DNA from: Gammaproteobacteria bacterium
Lineage (GTDB): Bacteria; Pseudomonadota; Gammaproteobacteria; CAKMZV01
Length of the DNA stretch: 64,000 nucleotides
Direction: 5' to 3'
Assembly (NCBI GenBank): GCA_965277775.1
Contig: OZ255843.1
Coordinates: 583,451-647,450 of the forward strand
Below, in pieces: positions 48,654-59,500 of this stretch. Position 1 is the first letter of the stretch. Every line of letters begins with the position of its first letter. Below the pieces are notes generated by a model, which searched no databases, was not told the DNA's origin, and saw only the letters and a program-made list of their open reading frames with translations. The translations under genes were made by a program, and so were the position numbers.

Positions 48654-49964
48654 ATGATCCAAAAAAACCATCAATCAATATTAGTCGTGGGTTGTGGTGT
48701 GAGCGGGGAGGCAACTTGTCGCTTCTTGGCACAACAGGGTTTGGCGTTTAAATGGACCGACACGCGCGCAAATCCCCCTTTAAAACAGCAATTTTTGCAA
48801 CAATTTGGGCAAGACTGTTGGATCCTGCCTAATCACATATTTTCTAAAGATATTGGATTTAAACAAGCCATCATTGCGCCTGGTCTTGCTTTAGACGACC
48901 CTCTGGTACAAAGCATTGTTCAACATAGCATCCCAGTGATTGGAGAAATGGAACTTTTTGCCCAATACAATCGCAAAAAAATCATTGCCATCACTGGAAC
49001 CAATGGTAAGAGTACCGTTACTAAGCTGATCACCCACCTATGCCAAAGCGCTGGTATAGAAACCGTTGCGGGCGGTAATATTGGTTATCCAGCTTTAGAC
49101 ATCCTAAATCATGATGCCGAACTCGCTGTTTTAGAAATCTCCAGTTTTCAGTTAGAAACCATGCACAGCTTGAAGCCAGATATTGGGGTGTTACTCAACA
49201 TTAGCGAGGATCATTTGGATCGGCATAAATCTTTGCAACGCTATACAAAGTTGAAAAAGAAATTACTTGCGCTCTCCAAACAATCGGTATGCCAAGCCTC
49301 CATTTCAGTCGATCACCCAGATTTAATCACATTTTCAGCAGATTCAGCGGCTCAATACACACTCCAGCAAAATTCTGGACAGCTGTGGTTGGAAGGCTTG
49401 CCACATCATACCCCCTTAATGCCATTAGCTGATGCGGCATTGTTGGGACGTCACAATGCGGAAAATATCTTAGCCGCTTGGGCGGTTGGTCATCTGATGC
49501 AAATTGACAATGACCTCATTTGCCATGCGATGAAAACCTTTAAAGGCTTGCCCCATCGCTATGAAAAAGTCTCCGATTTTGCTGGCATGGTCTGGATCAA
49601 TGACTCTAAGGCCACCAATGTGGCCGCCTGCATGGCGGCCTTAGCGACCTATGCCCATCCTAAGGTTATTCTGATCGCTGGTGGACAAGGCAAGGGGCAA
49701 GATTTTAGCCCGCTTAAGCCACTCATCCGCCAAGTGGTTAAGCAGCTGATTTTATTTGGTGAAGATAAACACCGCATAGCCGAACACGTCCAATGTACCG
49801 ATGCCTTGTTTGCGGATACTTTGGATGAAGCCATTGCCTTTGCTTGTAGGCATGGTCAAAAACATGATGTTGTACTTTTTTCACCCGCTTGTGCCAGTTT
49901 TGATATGTTCAAGCATTTTGAGGATCGAGGCAATGCTTTTAAAAAAGGAGTTGCAAGGCTGTAA
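48654..49964 (+). CDS. murD: UDP-N-acetylmuramoylalanine--D-glutamate ligase.
   Basis: 436 aa. ITGTNGKSTVT P-loop. MurD-type N-terminal Rossmann domain. Follows mraY. Confidence 0.9.
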   Translation: MIQKNHQSILVVGCGVSGEATCRFLAQQGLAFKWTDTRANPPLKQQFLQQFGQDCWILPNHIFSKDIGFKQAIIAPGLALDDPLVQSIVQHSIPVIGEMELFAQYNRKKIIAITGTNGKSTVTKLITHLCQSAGIETVAGGNIGYPALDILNHDAELAVLEISSFQLETMHSLKPDIGVLLNISEDHLDRHKSLQRYTKLKKKLLALSKQSVCQASISVDHPDLITFSADSAAQYTLQQNSGQLWLEGLPHHTPLMPLADAALLGRHNAENILAAWAVGHLMQIDNDLICHAMKTFKGLPHRYEKVSDFAGMVWINDSKATNVAACMAALATYAHPKVILIAGGQGKGQDFSPLKPLIRQVVKQLILFGEDKHRIAEHVQCTDALFADTLDEAIAFACRHGQKHDVVLFSPACASFDMFKHFEDRGNAFKKGVARL

Positions 49965-50024
49965 GTTGGCTCAAATTGCTGTATTGTTGCCGCCTAAAAA
50001 TTTGTGTGCATCAGAACAGTGAAA

Positions 50025-50058
50025 TTGTGTAAAGAACATCACATTATTCAGTATAATA
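50025..50058 (+). promoter_or_regulatory. Putative sigma70 promoter for the tRNA-Val/tRNA-Asp operon.
   Basis: TATAAT at 50052..50057 lies 17 nt upstream of the tRNA. A GC-rich discriminator (CCCGCC) sits between the -10 and the tRNA 5' end. The -35 element is weak and ambiguous. Confidence 0.35.
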
Positions 50059-50074
50059 CCCGCCTGATTTAAGT

Positions 50075-50150
50075 GGGTGCTTAGCTCAGTTGGGAGAGCA
50101 TCGCCCTTACAAGGCGAGGGTCACAGGTTCAAGCCCTGTAGCACCCACCA
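50075..50150 (+). tRNA. tRNA-Val (anticodon TAC).
   Basis: GGGTGCTTAGCTCAGTTGGGAGAGC...CCCTTACAAGG...GGTTCAAGCCCTGTAGCACCCACCA. Cloverleaf with UAC anticodon and encoded CCA. Close to E. coli tRNA-Val. Confidence 0.9.
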
Positions 50151-50160
50151 ATCATGCCCT

Positions 50161-50237
50161 GCAGCGGTAGTTCAGTTGGTTAGAATACCGGCCTGTCACG
50201 CCGGGGGTCGCGGGTTCGAGTCCCGTCCGCTGCGCCA
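50161..50237 (+). tRNA. tRNA-Asp (anticodon GTC).
   Basis: GCAGCGGTAGTTCAGTTGGTTAGAATACCGGCCTGTCACGCCGGGGGTCGCGGGTTCGAGTCCCGTCCGCTGCGCCA. Near-identical in architecture to E. coli tRNA-Asp. Acceptor stem pairs 7/7. Confidence 0.9.
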
Positions 50238-50370
50238 TGTTGTCATGACATGTCCCCAAAAAACACCTCTGTCATTACAATAATTTACAGATTTCTCAAG
50301 GGAAATTCATTGGAAATTCGTTATTGAATTAATATAGCTATACCAAAATATTCAATCATCAGGATCAGAT

Positions 50371-50994
50371 ATGAAAAATTTTATAAAACGGTTATTGATC
50401 GTCGTTGTTGTTGCATTGGCGGGTATTTTTATCTTTAAAGACAGCCTCCTGAGCTATTTTGCTAACGCACAATTTGTCACAGCCGAAGCTGCACAATTCG
50501 ATGCGGGCATTGACGTTGGCGCGCATATTCCAGCCATTTCAGCACTACATCAGGGTAAAGAAGTCACAGATTTGGCTAAGTTTAGTGGTCCAAAGGGTTT
50601 GGTGGTCATGATCAATCGTTCGATTGATTGGTGTCCGTTCTGTATCCACCAAACACTCAGCCTCAATGATGCCTTTGAAAAGTTTCAAAAGAATGGCATT
50701 GGTGTTGTGATGATCACCTATGATGCGCCCGAATTACAAGAAGCATTTATGGCTGAAAATGACATTAAATTCCCCATCATTTCCGACATTGATACGCGAT
50801 CCATGAAGGCATTAAAAGTGCTACACCCTCATTTTCCCAAAGGGCATGAACATCATGGAATCCCCTACCCTGGCACTTATATCCTTAGTCCTAAAGGCTA
50901 TATAATGGGCAAGCTTTTTGTTGAAGGTTATATCAATCGTGTCAGCACAGACAGCCTATTAGAGTTTACTATGACCAAGTTACGCGCTGGCTAA
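50371..50994 (+). CDS. Periplasmic/membrane-anchored thiol-disulfide oxidoreductase (redoxin/AhpC-TSA family).
   Basis: N-terminal signal anchor. WCPFC thioredoxin-fold active site. Confidence 0.6.
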   Translation: MKNFIKRLLIVVVVALAGIFIFKDSLLSYFANAQFVTAEAAQFDAGIDVGAHIPAISALHQGKEVTDLAKFSGPKGLVVMINRSIDWCPFCIHQTLSLNDAFEKFQKNGIGVVMITYDAPELQEAFMAENDIKFPIISDIDTRSMKALKVLHPHFPKGHEHHGIPYPGTYILSPKGYIMGKLFVEGYINRVSTDSLLEFTMTKLRAG

Positions 50995-51045
50995 GAACCT
51001 TGACTTTAAAGGAAGGGTTTAAAACACGCTCAAATTAATTTAGCA

Positions 51046-51067
51046 TCACCCTTGAGACTAAGGGTGA
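51046..51067. terminator. Inverted repeat TCACCCTT-gagact-AAGGGTGA between the convergent redoxin and waaA genes.
   Basis: Perfect 8-bp stem. No clear U-tract on either side, so the terminator assignment is tentative. Confidence 0.3.
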
Positions 51068-51072
51068 ACAGC

Positions 51073-52362
51073 TCAAGCCTCTGCCAAATACGACGCGAGG
51101 ATTTTTTGGATTTTCTCTCGTATCCCTTGATTCTTAAGCGCAAACTGGTAGGCTGTTTCTGCCCGTTCATGTGCTTGCTCTGGTTGCTCAATGAGAGTGC
51201 AAATTTGTCTAGCCAAACCATCTTCATCTTGCACAATGTTCACAGCATTGTTTTCGATGGCTGGTTCAAATAAATTTTCTAAATTTGCATAATTGGGGCC
51301 ACTCAACACGGGTTTTTTTAATAAGGCGGGTTCAATGATGTTATGTCCGCCAAATGGCACCAAAGAGCCTCCCACAAATGCATAGTCTGAAACCGCGTAC
51401 CAAAACATTAACTCTCCAATTTGGTCAATCAGCAACACTTGCGGATCATTTTGACCAATCTCTGTTAAATCGTTTTTACTGCGTTTGTTATATCGAAATT
51501 TGTGCTTAATGAGGGCCGTATTGGTTTCCTTGTTTGTTTTGTCGTGCCGAGGCGCAATGATCAACAAGCAATCTGGATGAGACTGTAATATTTTCGAATG
51601 CGCTGCTAAGATTTTTTCACCTTCGTGCTCGTGCGTGCTAGCAGCGACCCAAATGGGGCGTTGCGGGGCAAAAGCCGTTCGCCATTGTTGTGCTCTTGTC
51701 ACTAAATTTGTGCTCGGTTGCAAGTCAAATTTTAAATTACCAATCAACGATATTTGTTCAGGCTTTGCGCCCAACCTGTAGAAATGCTTAGCATCCAGTT
51801 CAGATTGTGGAAAAATAAGCGTGAATTTCTGTAGCGATTGTTGGACCAATTTTTTTGCATACTTTTGGTACCTCAAAGTTGACTTTCTTTTCAAACGCGC
51901 ATTGATCAACATGACTGGAATGGAAGATGTGCTGGCCTGATGCAATAAATTTGGCCAAATTTCTGTTTCCACCATTAGGATCAATTTTGGTTGTAGCTGT
52001 TGGATGAACTGCTGCATGACAGAGGGTAGGTCAAACGGCATGACATGTTTTGAAATATTAGGAAAGCGATTGTGAATGTATTCTGCGGCGCTGAGCGTGG
52101 TGTAGGTCAGCGTGATTGGCATTTGTGGATGGTTGCGTGCCAATGTTTCAATAAAATCTTTGGCAGAACGTGCTTCACCCAGCGATAAAACATGAATCCA
52201 AATGCCATGTTTCTGAGGTTGAAACGCACTTGAGCGGGCAAAGTAATCAGTTAATTGGGCGGGCAGGCTAATCGATTTAAAGGCACGACACCGTTTATAA
52301 GTTCGCCACAAAATAATAGGCAATAACAAATAACTCAGAATTGTATAAAGCCTTAACGACAT
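51073..52362 (-). CDS. waaA: 3-deoxy-D-manno-octulosonic acid (Kdo) transferase.
   Basis: 429 aa. N-terminal membrane anchor. GT-B fold signature with a conserved basic/acidic residue near the C-terminus. Collinear with E. coli WaaA (KdtA). Confidence 0.85.
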   Translation of the reverse strand: MSLRLYTILSYLLLPIILWRTYKRCRAFKSISLPAQLTDYFARSSAFQPQKHGIWIHVLSLGEARSAKDFIETLARNHPQMPITLTYTTLSAAEYIHNRFPNISKHVMPFDLPSVMQQFIQQLQPKLILMVETEIWPNLLHQASTSSIPVMLINARLKRKSTLRYQKYAKKLVQQSLQKFTLIFPQSELDAKHFYRLGAKPEQISLIGNLKFDLQPSTNLVTRAQQWRTAFAPQRPIWVAASTHEHEGEKILAAHSKILQSHPDCLLIIAPRHDKTNKETNTALIKHKFRYNKRSKNDLTEIGQNDPQVLLIDQIGELMFWYAVSDYAFVGGSLVPFGGHNIIEPALLKKPVLSGPNYANLENLFEPAIENNAVNIVQDEDGLARQICTLIEQPEQAHERAETAYQFALKNQGIREKIQKILASYLAEA

Positions 52363-52371
52363 GCAATAAGT

Positions 52372-53073
52372 TTATTGATAAAAGCTATGAATGCGATTTT
52401 GAATCGACATGGCCATGGCTTTTGGATCTTCTGCTTGTCGGATGGGACGTCCCATTACTATGTAACTGGCACCATTAGAAAAAGCTTGCTCCACATCAAC
52501 CACCCTTTTTTGATCATCCACATTTGCAACTGGCCGAATGCCTGGCGTTACCACAATAAATGCGTCTCCGTAATGTTGGCGCAATTGCTTGGCTTCCAAG
52601 CCTGAAGAAACAACCCCTTCACAACCAATGGCAAGCGCCCTTTTGGCTCGTGACAAGACCAGAGACTCCACCTCGCAGGCAAAACCTAAATCCGATAAGT
52701 CCCCTGTGTCCAAACTGGTGAGGGCGGTCACTGCAAGCACACCCATTTTGTTTTTGGCTTCACAAGCTGCGCGCATTATGGCATCATTGCCATGGACGGT
52801 CGCAAATTCCGCACCCTTATCATCCAAGGCACTGACCGCAGCAGCGACTGTTCGGGGCACATCAAAAAATTTGAGATCGATAAAGATTTTTTTATCCTGA
52901 TCTTTCAGCCAATCGATCAGATCAATGTAATTGCCAGACATGAATAATTCCAATCCCATTTTGTAAAAGTGCACACTGTCCGCCAATGTGTGGACCATGC
53001 TTTTTGCACTATCAAGGCTACTAATGCCGTCTAAAGCAAAAATCAGACGGTCTTTGGTTTCAATGTTTGGCAT
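52372..53073 (-). CDS. pyrF: Orotidine-5'-phosphate decarboxylase.
   Basis: 233 aa. DLKFFDVP active-site motif (Lys/Asp). IFALD start. Confidence 0.85.
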   Translation of the reverse strand: MPNIETKDRLIFALDGISSLDSAKSMVHTLADSVHFYKMGLELFMSGNYIDLIDWLKDQDKKIFIDLKFFDVPRTVAAAVSALDDKGAEFATVHGNDAIMRAACEAKNKMGVLAVTALTSLDTGDLSDLGFACEVESLVLSRAKRALAIGCEGVVSSGLEAKQLRQHYGDAFIVVTPGIRPVANVDDQKRVVDVEQAFSNGASYIVMGRPIRQAEDPKAMAMSIQNRIHSFYQ

Positions 53074-53503
53074 GTACTTAACATTTTTAATTATGATTCA
53101 CAGAACAGTAATGGCTGCATCAACCTGTCCCAAGTGTTTGTTTTAAGACTTGAGACGCCCACGTTTGAAGCGGTGTTCTTCAAATTCTACCATGTCAGAA
53201 TGACAAAATTCGTTGGACTTATTTTGCCCACTAACAATTGGTTGCGTATATTCATAGCGTTTATTGTAAAAATAATGCAAATTCTAACTTGTGAATTTTG
53301 TTAGTTTGCTTAGTTTTATGCAATAATTTCGCACAATGTCAATGAAAAAGAATGGCCTGCAAAGGGCTGCAATTAAAATCGCTTCCCCTCTTTAATAAAG
53401 GTTCAATATTTTGTTTTCATCGGTTGAATAATATACTTATCTATTATAATAATTAGAACATTAAAGCTCAGATAGTCACAATTAAAGTTCAAACAAAATC
53501 GTT

Positions 53504-56500
53504 ATGTATCAATTATTGCTCAGATGTTTCACCCAATCCTTTGTCAGCTTTTCTTTTCAATGGAGCACCACCAATCGAATAATAAACACTTTTAAGCGCG
53601 TATTGAGTTCAATCAATAAACGCGTGCTGAGCTCAATGTGCTCGACCCTGGTATTATTCGCAATGTTATCCGCAATGTTATCCGCATGTGGTGGCGGCGG
53701 CGGCGGTGGTGAGCCGACACCAACGCCGACACCGACACCAACTCTGACACCAACGCTTTCGGTTTTGTTCCCGAGCTTGAGAGTCGATGAAGACTTCCCA
53801 GTAACTTTGGTGGTTGCCACTGCAACCAATGCAACAAATTTAACGGTCGATCAATCCACCACTGGGGTGATTACTGTGGCGCCAACAACAAACTCAGTGA
53901 CAGTTTCAAGCTTTGCCAATGGCAATGGACAAACCACTTTAACCATTGTCGCCACCAATAGTTCGGGTAGCACGACTGCACAAGTGGTCGTGACAGTAAA
54001 TGCTGTCAATGATCCACCAACAATAGCTGTCTCAAGCAATAGCATTTCAACTGTGGGAGGCTTTTCGCCGATTACCATTAACACCACAGCAAGTGATATT
54101 GAAGATGCCCATTTATCTTTCACCGTGATGGATGCCAATACAAGGGTAGTCAGAATAACCACATCAGCAGCGACTATTGTGTTAAATACCATCCCTGGTG
54201 CTTCAGGCCAGACCACCTTAACCGTCATTGTGGTTGATAGCTCGGGAGCAACAGTTACTCAATTCATCACTGTCAGTGTGACCATTACGGTCAGTGCCAC
54301 ACCGGTGGTGACAGTTTCTACTAATTTGATTAGCGTGCAAGAAGACTTTAGGGCTTTGGTCATCATCCAAACCACAGCAACGGATGCTGATGGTGATGCC
54401 ATAACCCTATCTGTAAGTTCATCCTCGCGTTTAGTTGATGTAGTTATATCCACACCAAACAACAGCACCAACACCATCACCAATAGCATCACCTTATCGG
54501 CGGTTGCCAATGCCAATGGCACAGCAACCTTGACTGTGTTAGCAACCGATGCGGGTGGGCAGTCTACTAATACTGAGATTATTGTCGTGGTATCGTCTGT
54601 TCAAGATACACCGACCTTAACCATACCATCTACGACTTTAACCGTAGCAGAAGATTTTGCGAGTGCTCTAACCATTGCCACAGCAAATGATAGTGATGGT
54701 GATACGCTCCTGATAAGTGTGGTTGAAACCACCACGGGCGTAGTCATGGTCACAACCTCAGCCTCAGGGGTGTTTGTGTCAAGCATACTCAATGCGAATG
54801 GGCAAACCACATTAACGATAACCGTCAATGATGGCACACAAGATACAACGGCTCAAGTGGTAGTCGACGTCACGCCTGTTAATGACCCACCGACCTTGAC
54901 CATCCCGAGTGCAACATTAACAGTCTTAGAAGATTTTGTGGGTGCTATGACGATTGCCACAGCAACCAATGTTGACAGCAATACGCTCACTTTTACTGTG
55001 ACTGAATCAAACTCAACGGTAGTCAATGTAACAACCACAGCCATAGGCGTCTCTATATCAAACATTCTCAATGCCAATGGACAAACCACCCTAACCATTG
55101 CTGTCAATAATGGCAATCTGAGTTCTACCGATCAAGTGATTGTGACTGTGATAGCTGTCAATGATACGCCTACATTAACCGTCTCAACGAATGATATTTC
55201 AACGAATGCTGACTTTTCAACGATCACTATTAATACCACTGCGAGTGATGTCGATGAAGGCACTTTAACTTTCGCTGTGACTGTTTCTACCACTGGAGTG
55301 GTCAGAGTATCCACTTCCTCGAATGCCATTATTTTGAACGCCATCCCTGATACGACAGGTACAACGACTTTAACCGTCCATACAATCGACAATTCTAGGC
55401 TGATGGCTACGCAAACAATTGTAATCAATGTGTCACCTATTCCAAATCTTTTCCCTGTTCTGATGATTTCCACTACCCGAATCAACGTTCAAGAAAATTT
55501 TATGAAACCAGTGATCATCCGAACCACTGCTACAGATGCTGAGGATGGAACCATTACCCTTTCTGTGAGTTCATCCTTGCCTCTTGTGAATATCGTTCTA
55601 TCATCACCAGACAACGGCGAAAGCACCATAACTAATAGAATCACTTTAACTGCGGTTGATAATCTTAATGGCAAGACAACCTTAACTGTGCTTGTAACAG
55701 ATGCTGGAAAGCAAGTCACCTCTACTGAGATTGTGGTGGTCATAAATTCCGTAATTGACCCTATATCGTTTACCTTATCCACCTCTGTCGTCACCTTGTC
55801 AGCTCTCGGCAATCAACTCAATCGTAATGTACAAAGCATAATTATTAGCAACCCAGGCAATGAATCCTTAAGGACTCAGTGGCAGGTTTTGAGTAGTGGA
55901 AGCCCACTCTTTTCAGCCAATCCAGCCCCAGTGGTGAGTTTTACCACCAATATCCTAACAACCACAGCCACCTTGACCTCAGCGGCATCAACGGCACAAT
56001 TGTATTTTACGATCAGGCCAGATCGTACTGGTACGGCCACGCTGACCATACAATTGACTGATCTGGATACTTCAATAACGACACAACAAACCATAGTGGT
56101 ACACGTCAATTCAGTCAATGTGCCTCCAGTTATTGCACCATATAACTCAAATCTTTATAATTATGTTATTTATGGTGGCCGAATATATGCCAATTCTATT
56201 CAAAGCGTACAATCACTAAACCCATTATTAACCGAAGCCAGAGCTTTGGGTGGGCAATTGATTAACTTCAATTCAGATGAAGAGTATCGATTTATACTTG
56301 GTGCAGCAATAGAAACTCAAAATACTTGGTGGGGTTTGGTTTTACCGCAACGAGAATTCCCTGGTGAGCTGTCTTGGATAACACACAACAGCACCATTTC
56401 TTATGGGTATGCCAGCACCAATGGCATCACTAACCTCACTGTATATCCTGGTCAATACCCATTGCCCTGGGCGACTGTTGCTAGTGGTAATGGACTAATT

Positions 56501-59500
56501 GCCAATAGAGGTGGAAGCGCCACTGCTGTCAATGGGACGGTTTACTCCGACGGTGCTTTTTTATTCTTATTAGGAGAGGGTGGGGATGGTAGTTCACGTA
56601 TTGGGCTTTTTGAATTTCCTCAAGGCTTATTAGAAGCTTCAAACATTCAAACCTATGTTGCAGCTGGCTCAGTTGCAACCGTGAGATTGACCGGTTTTGA
56701 TTTAAATGCTGATGCGATACAAACATCTGATTGGTCTGCGGTGGCAACCGCTGGTACAGTAATATTTAATCAGGTGTCACAAAGCACTGGGATTCAAAGC
56801 GTGGACATGATGTACACCCCACCAGCTAATTTTAACAGCCAATCAACCGTTGTCGTCACACTAGACGTGAATGGCCAAAACACTACCACTGCCCTATTGT
56901 TTAGATTGGATAGTTTTCCAATTATTGACTTATCAACAAATGCCATTTCGATTACCGAAGATTTTACTAACTTAGTTATTGGTACGACCATAACAGATGA
57001 GATCGATGGGACCCTACCATTTACCGTGCGATCTTCTAACTTAAATGCGCTAATCATAACCACCTCAGCAAATGCCATTCGACTATCAGGGGCGCTCAAT
57101 TTCAACGGTACAGTCACTTTGACTGTTCGGGCAGCAGACTCTGCTCAGCAGATCGCTTTTACAACGGTCGTGATTTCAGTTCAGGAAGTGAATGACCCCC
57201 CAACATTAATGGTTTCAACCGATAACATTTCACTTTTGGGTGGCTTTGCACCCTTCACCATTGCCACGACAGCCACTGATATTGAGCAGGGTGCTTTACC
57301 CTTTACAGTACAAGCATCACCTCAAAGTGTCGTCTCCATAAGCACTCGTACCAATGCCATTGTGTTGTCCCCCATAGTAGAGGCGGGCTCAGGTCAAACC
57401 ACCTTGACCGTCACAACAATCGATCGTTTTAATGCCATAGCAACCCAAACCATTGCAATCAATTTAATCGTGTTACCAAGCTCGACACCCGTGTTGACTG
57501 TTTCCACCAACATACTCAGCTTGCAAGAGGATTTTACTGATTTTGTCATCAGAACCACGGCCTCAGATGTCGATTCAGCGACCTTGGTCATAACAGTGAG
57601 TTCGTCAACGCAATTAGTCGATGCCATGATTTCGACTCAAATGATCACATTGCGTTCAGTGGCTAATTTATTTGGTACGACCACCCTAACCGTCCGTGCG
57701 ACGGATTCTGGGGGATTATTCGACACGACAGAAATTGTTGTCGTGGTGAACTCTGTTAATGATAGGCCAACTTTAACCGTCTCAACGCACACAGTCACTT
57801 TAGGGGCACCTCCTTCCTCCGTTATTCTGTCTGTATCAGCCAGGGATGTGGAGGATGGCATCTTATCTTTCAGCGTTTCGACGGGTTCAAGCCTTATTAA
57901 TTCAACAAACACCACCACAACTTTAACCATAACGCGATTGAACTTGGATGCAGCTCAAGCCGTTTTAACCCTCAGAGCGACCGACTCAATGGGCGATTCG
58001 ACAATAACCACAATTAGTGTCGTGCCACAGCCAGTATTATTTGTGACAACTGGCATTAAGACCCTTGATTTTGCTTGGAGTGCGGTCTCTACGGCAACGC
58101 ATTATCGCTTACGAAGTAATCCGGATGGCAACTCAGGGTATGTGGATTTGAGCACCACAGGTATGGTGGTTAGTCCGAATAGCACTAATATTAGGCAAAC
58201 CACTGCGCAGGGTTTGGTCTCCTTACATCGCTACATCCCAAGAGTAAACAATCCACAGTTTGGCATAAATACCTGCAATGCAAGCTCGTGTAGCACCTCA
58301 TTTGAGCACAATACAATAAACTTAACCAATGCACAACTGAACAGTCTGATTGGTCGATTGCAAGCCAGTAACGCTGCAACAGGTGCTCGTTTTGGCTATT
58401 CTGTGAGTTTGAATGGTGATGGTAACACCCTTGCTGTGAGCGCAAATTCAGAAGGTACAGGTGCTCGCCTTTCAGGAGCGGTGTATGTGTTCCAGCGTAA
58501 TGGGCGAGATTGGTCACAACAAGCATTCATCAAACCATCAAATAGTTCAGCGTTTCTTCTATTTGGTAGTTCTGTGAGTTTGAGTGGCGATGGCAATACG
58601 CTTGCGGTGGGCGCAGATCAGGAAAGCAATTCAGCTACTGGCGTAAATGGTGCTATAAATCAAGGATTTGTGCTCGCATCGGGCGCGGTATATGTATTCC
58701 GTCGTAATGGAACTGACTGGACACAACAAGCATACATCAAAGCCTCGAATACGGGTGCAAATGATGAATTTGGACTGGCTTTGAGTTTAAGCGCTGATGG
58801 CAATACACTTGCAGTGGGCGCACGATTTGAGGATAGCACCTCCAATCTAATTAATAGTGGAGAATCTAATAACAGCGCAACTAATGCAGGGGCGGTGTAT
58901 GTATTCCGCTTCAGTAGTAGCACATGGTCACAGCAAGCATACATCAAAGGATTGAATACGAGAGTGGGCAATTTATTTGGTCAATCTGTGAGTCTAAGTG
59001 CAGTTGGAAATACGCTTGCGGTGGGGGCAACTGGTGAAGACAGTGCTTCCACCCAGGTCAACAGCGGTGGAACCGATATAAATGCAGCCGATGCAGGTGC
59101 AGCATATGTATTCCGCTTTAGTAGTAGCACGTGGTCACAACAAGCATACATCAAAGCCTCAAATACTGGTTCTGGCGATTTGTTTGGTCAATCTGTCAGT
59201 CTAAGTGCAGATGGTAATACGCTTGCTGTGGGCGCAATGAATGAGGACAGTGCTTCCAATCAGATCAACAGTGGAGAAACTGATTCAAATGCAACCGATG
59301 CAGGTGCGGTGTATGTATTCCGCTTCAGCAGTAGCACCTGGTCACAACAAGCCTATATAAAAGCTTCAAATACAGGTGCTGGCGATTTGTTTGGTCAATC
59401 TGTGAATCTAAGCACAAATGGCAATGTGCTTGCGGTGGGGGCAAATCGGGAAGATAGTATAGCCTCTGGGATTGTAACAACTGAAGATAATCAATCGCTT

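Noticed and set aside
53151-53198. 16-codon minus-strand mini-ORF (MVEFEEHRFKRGRLKS) upstream of pyrF that could be a leader peptide
   Set aside because: No attenuator hairpin or pyrimidine-related codon bias is evident and no recognisable homology. It is too short to support from sequence alone.
53690-53760. GGCGGCGGC / ACACCAACGCCGACACCG low-complexity run that could be a simple-sequence contingency tract
   Set aside because: It encodes the Gly run and (PT)n linker right after the lipobox. The units are multiples of 3 and imperfect, consistent with a flexible linker rather than a frameshifting switch.
53557-58971. Numerous 60-125-aa minus-strand ORFs inside the giant adhesin gene
   Set aside because: They are all embedded antisense in a 6.2-kb uninterrupted plus-strand frame with coherent domain structure. 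Typical spurious ORFs in Thr/Val/Ala-rich repetitive coding DNA.
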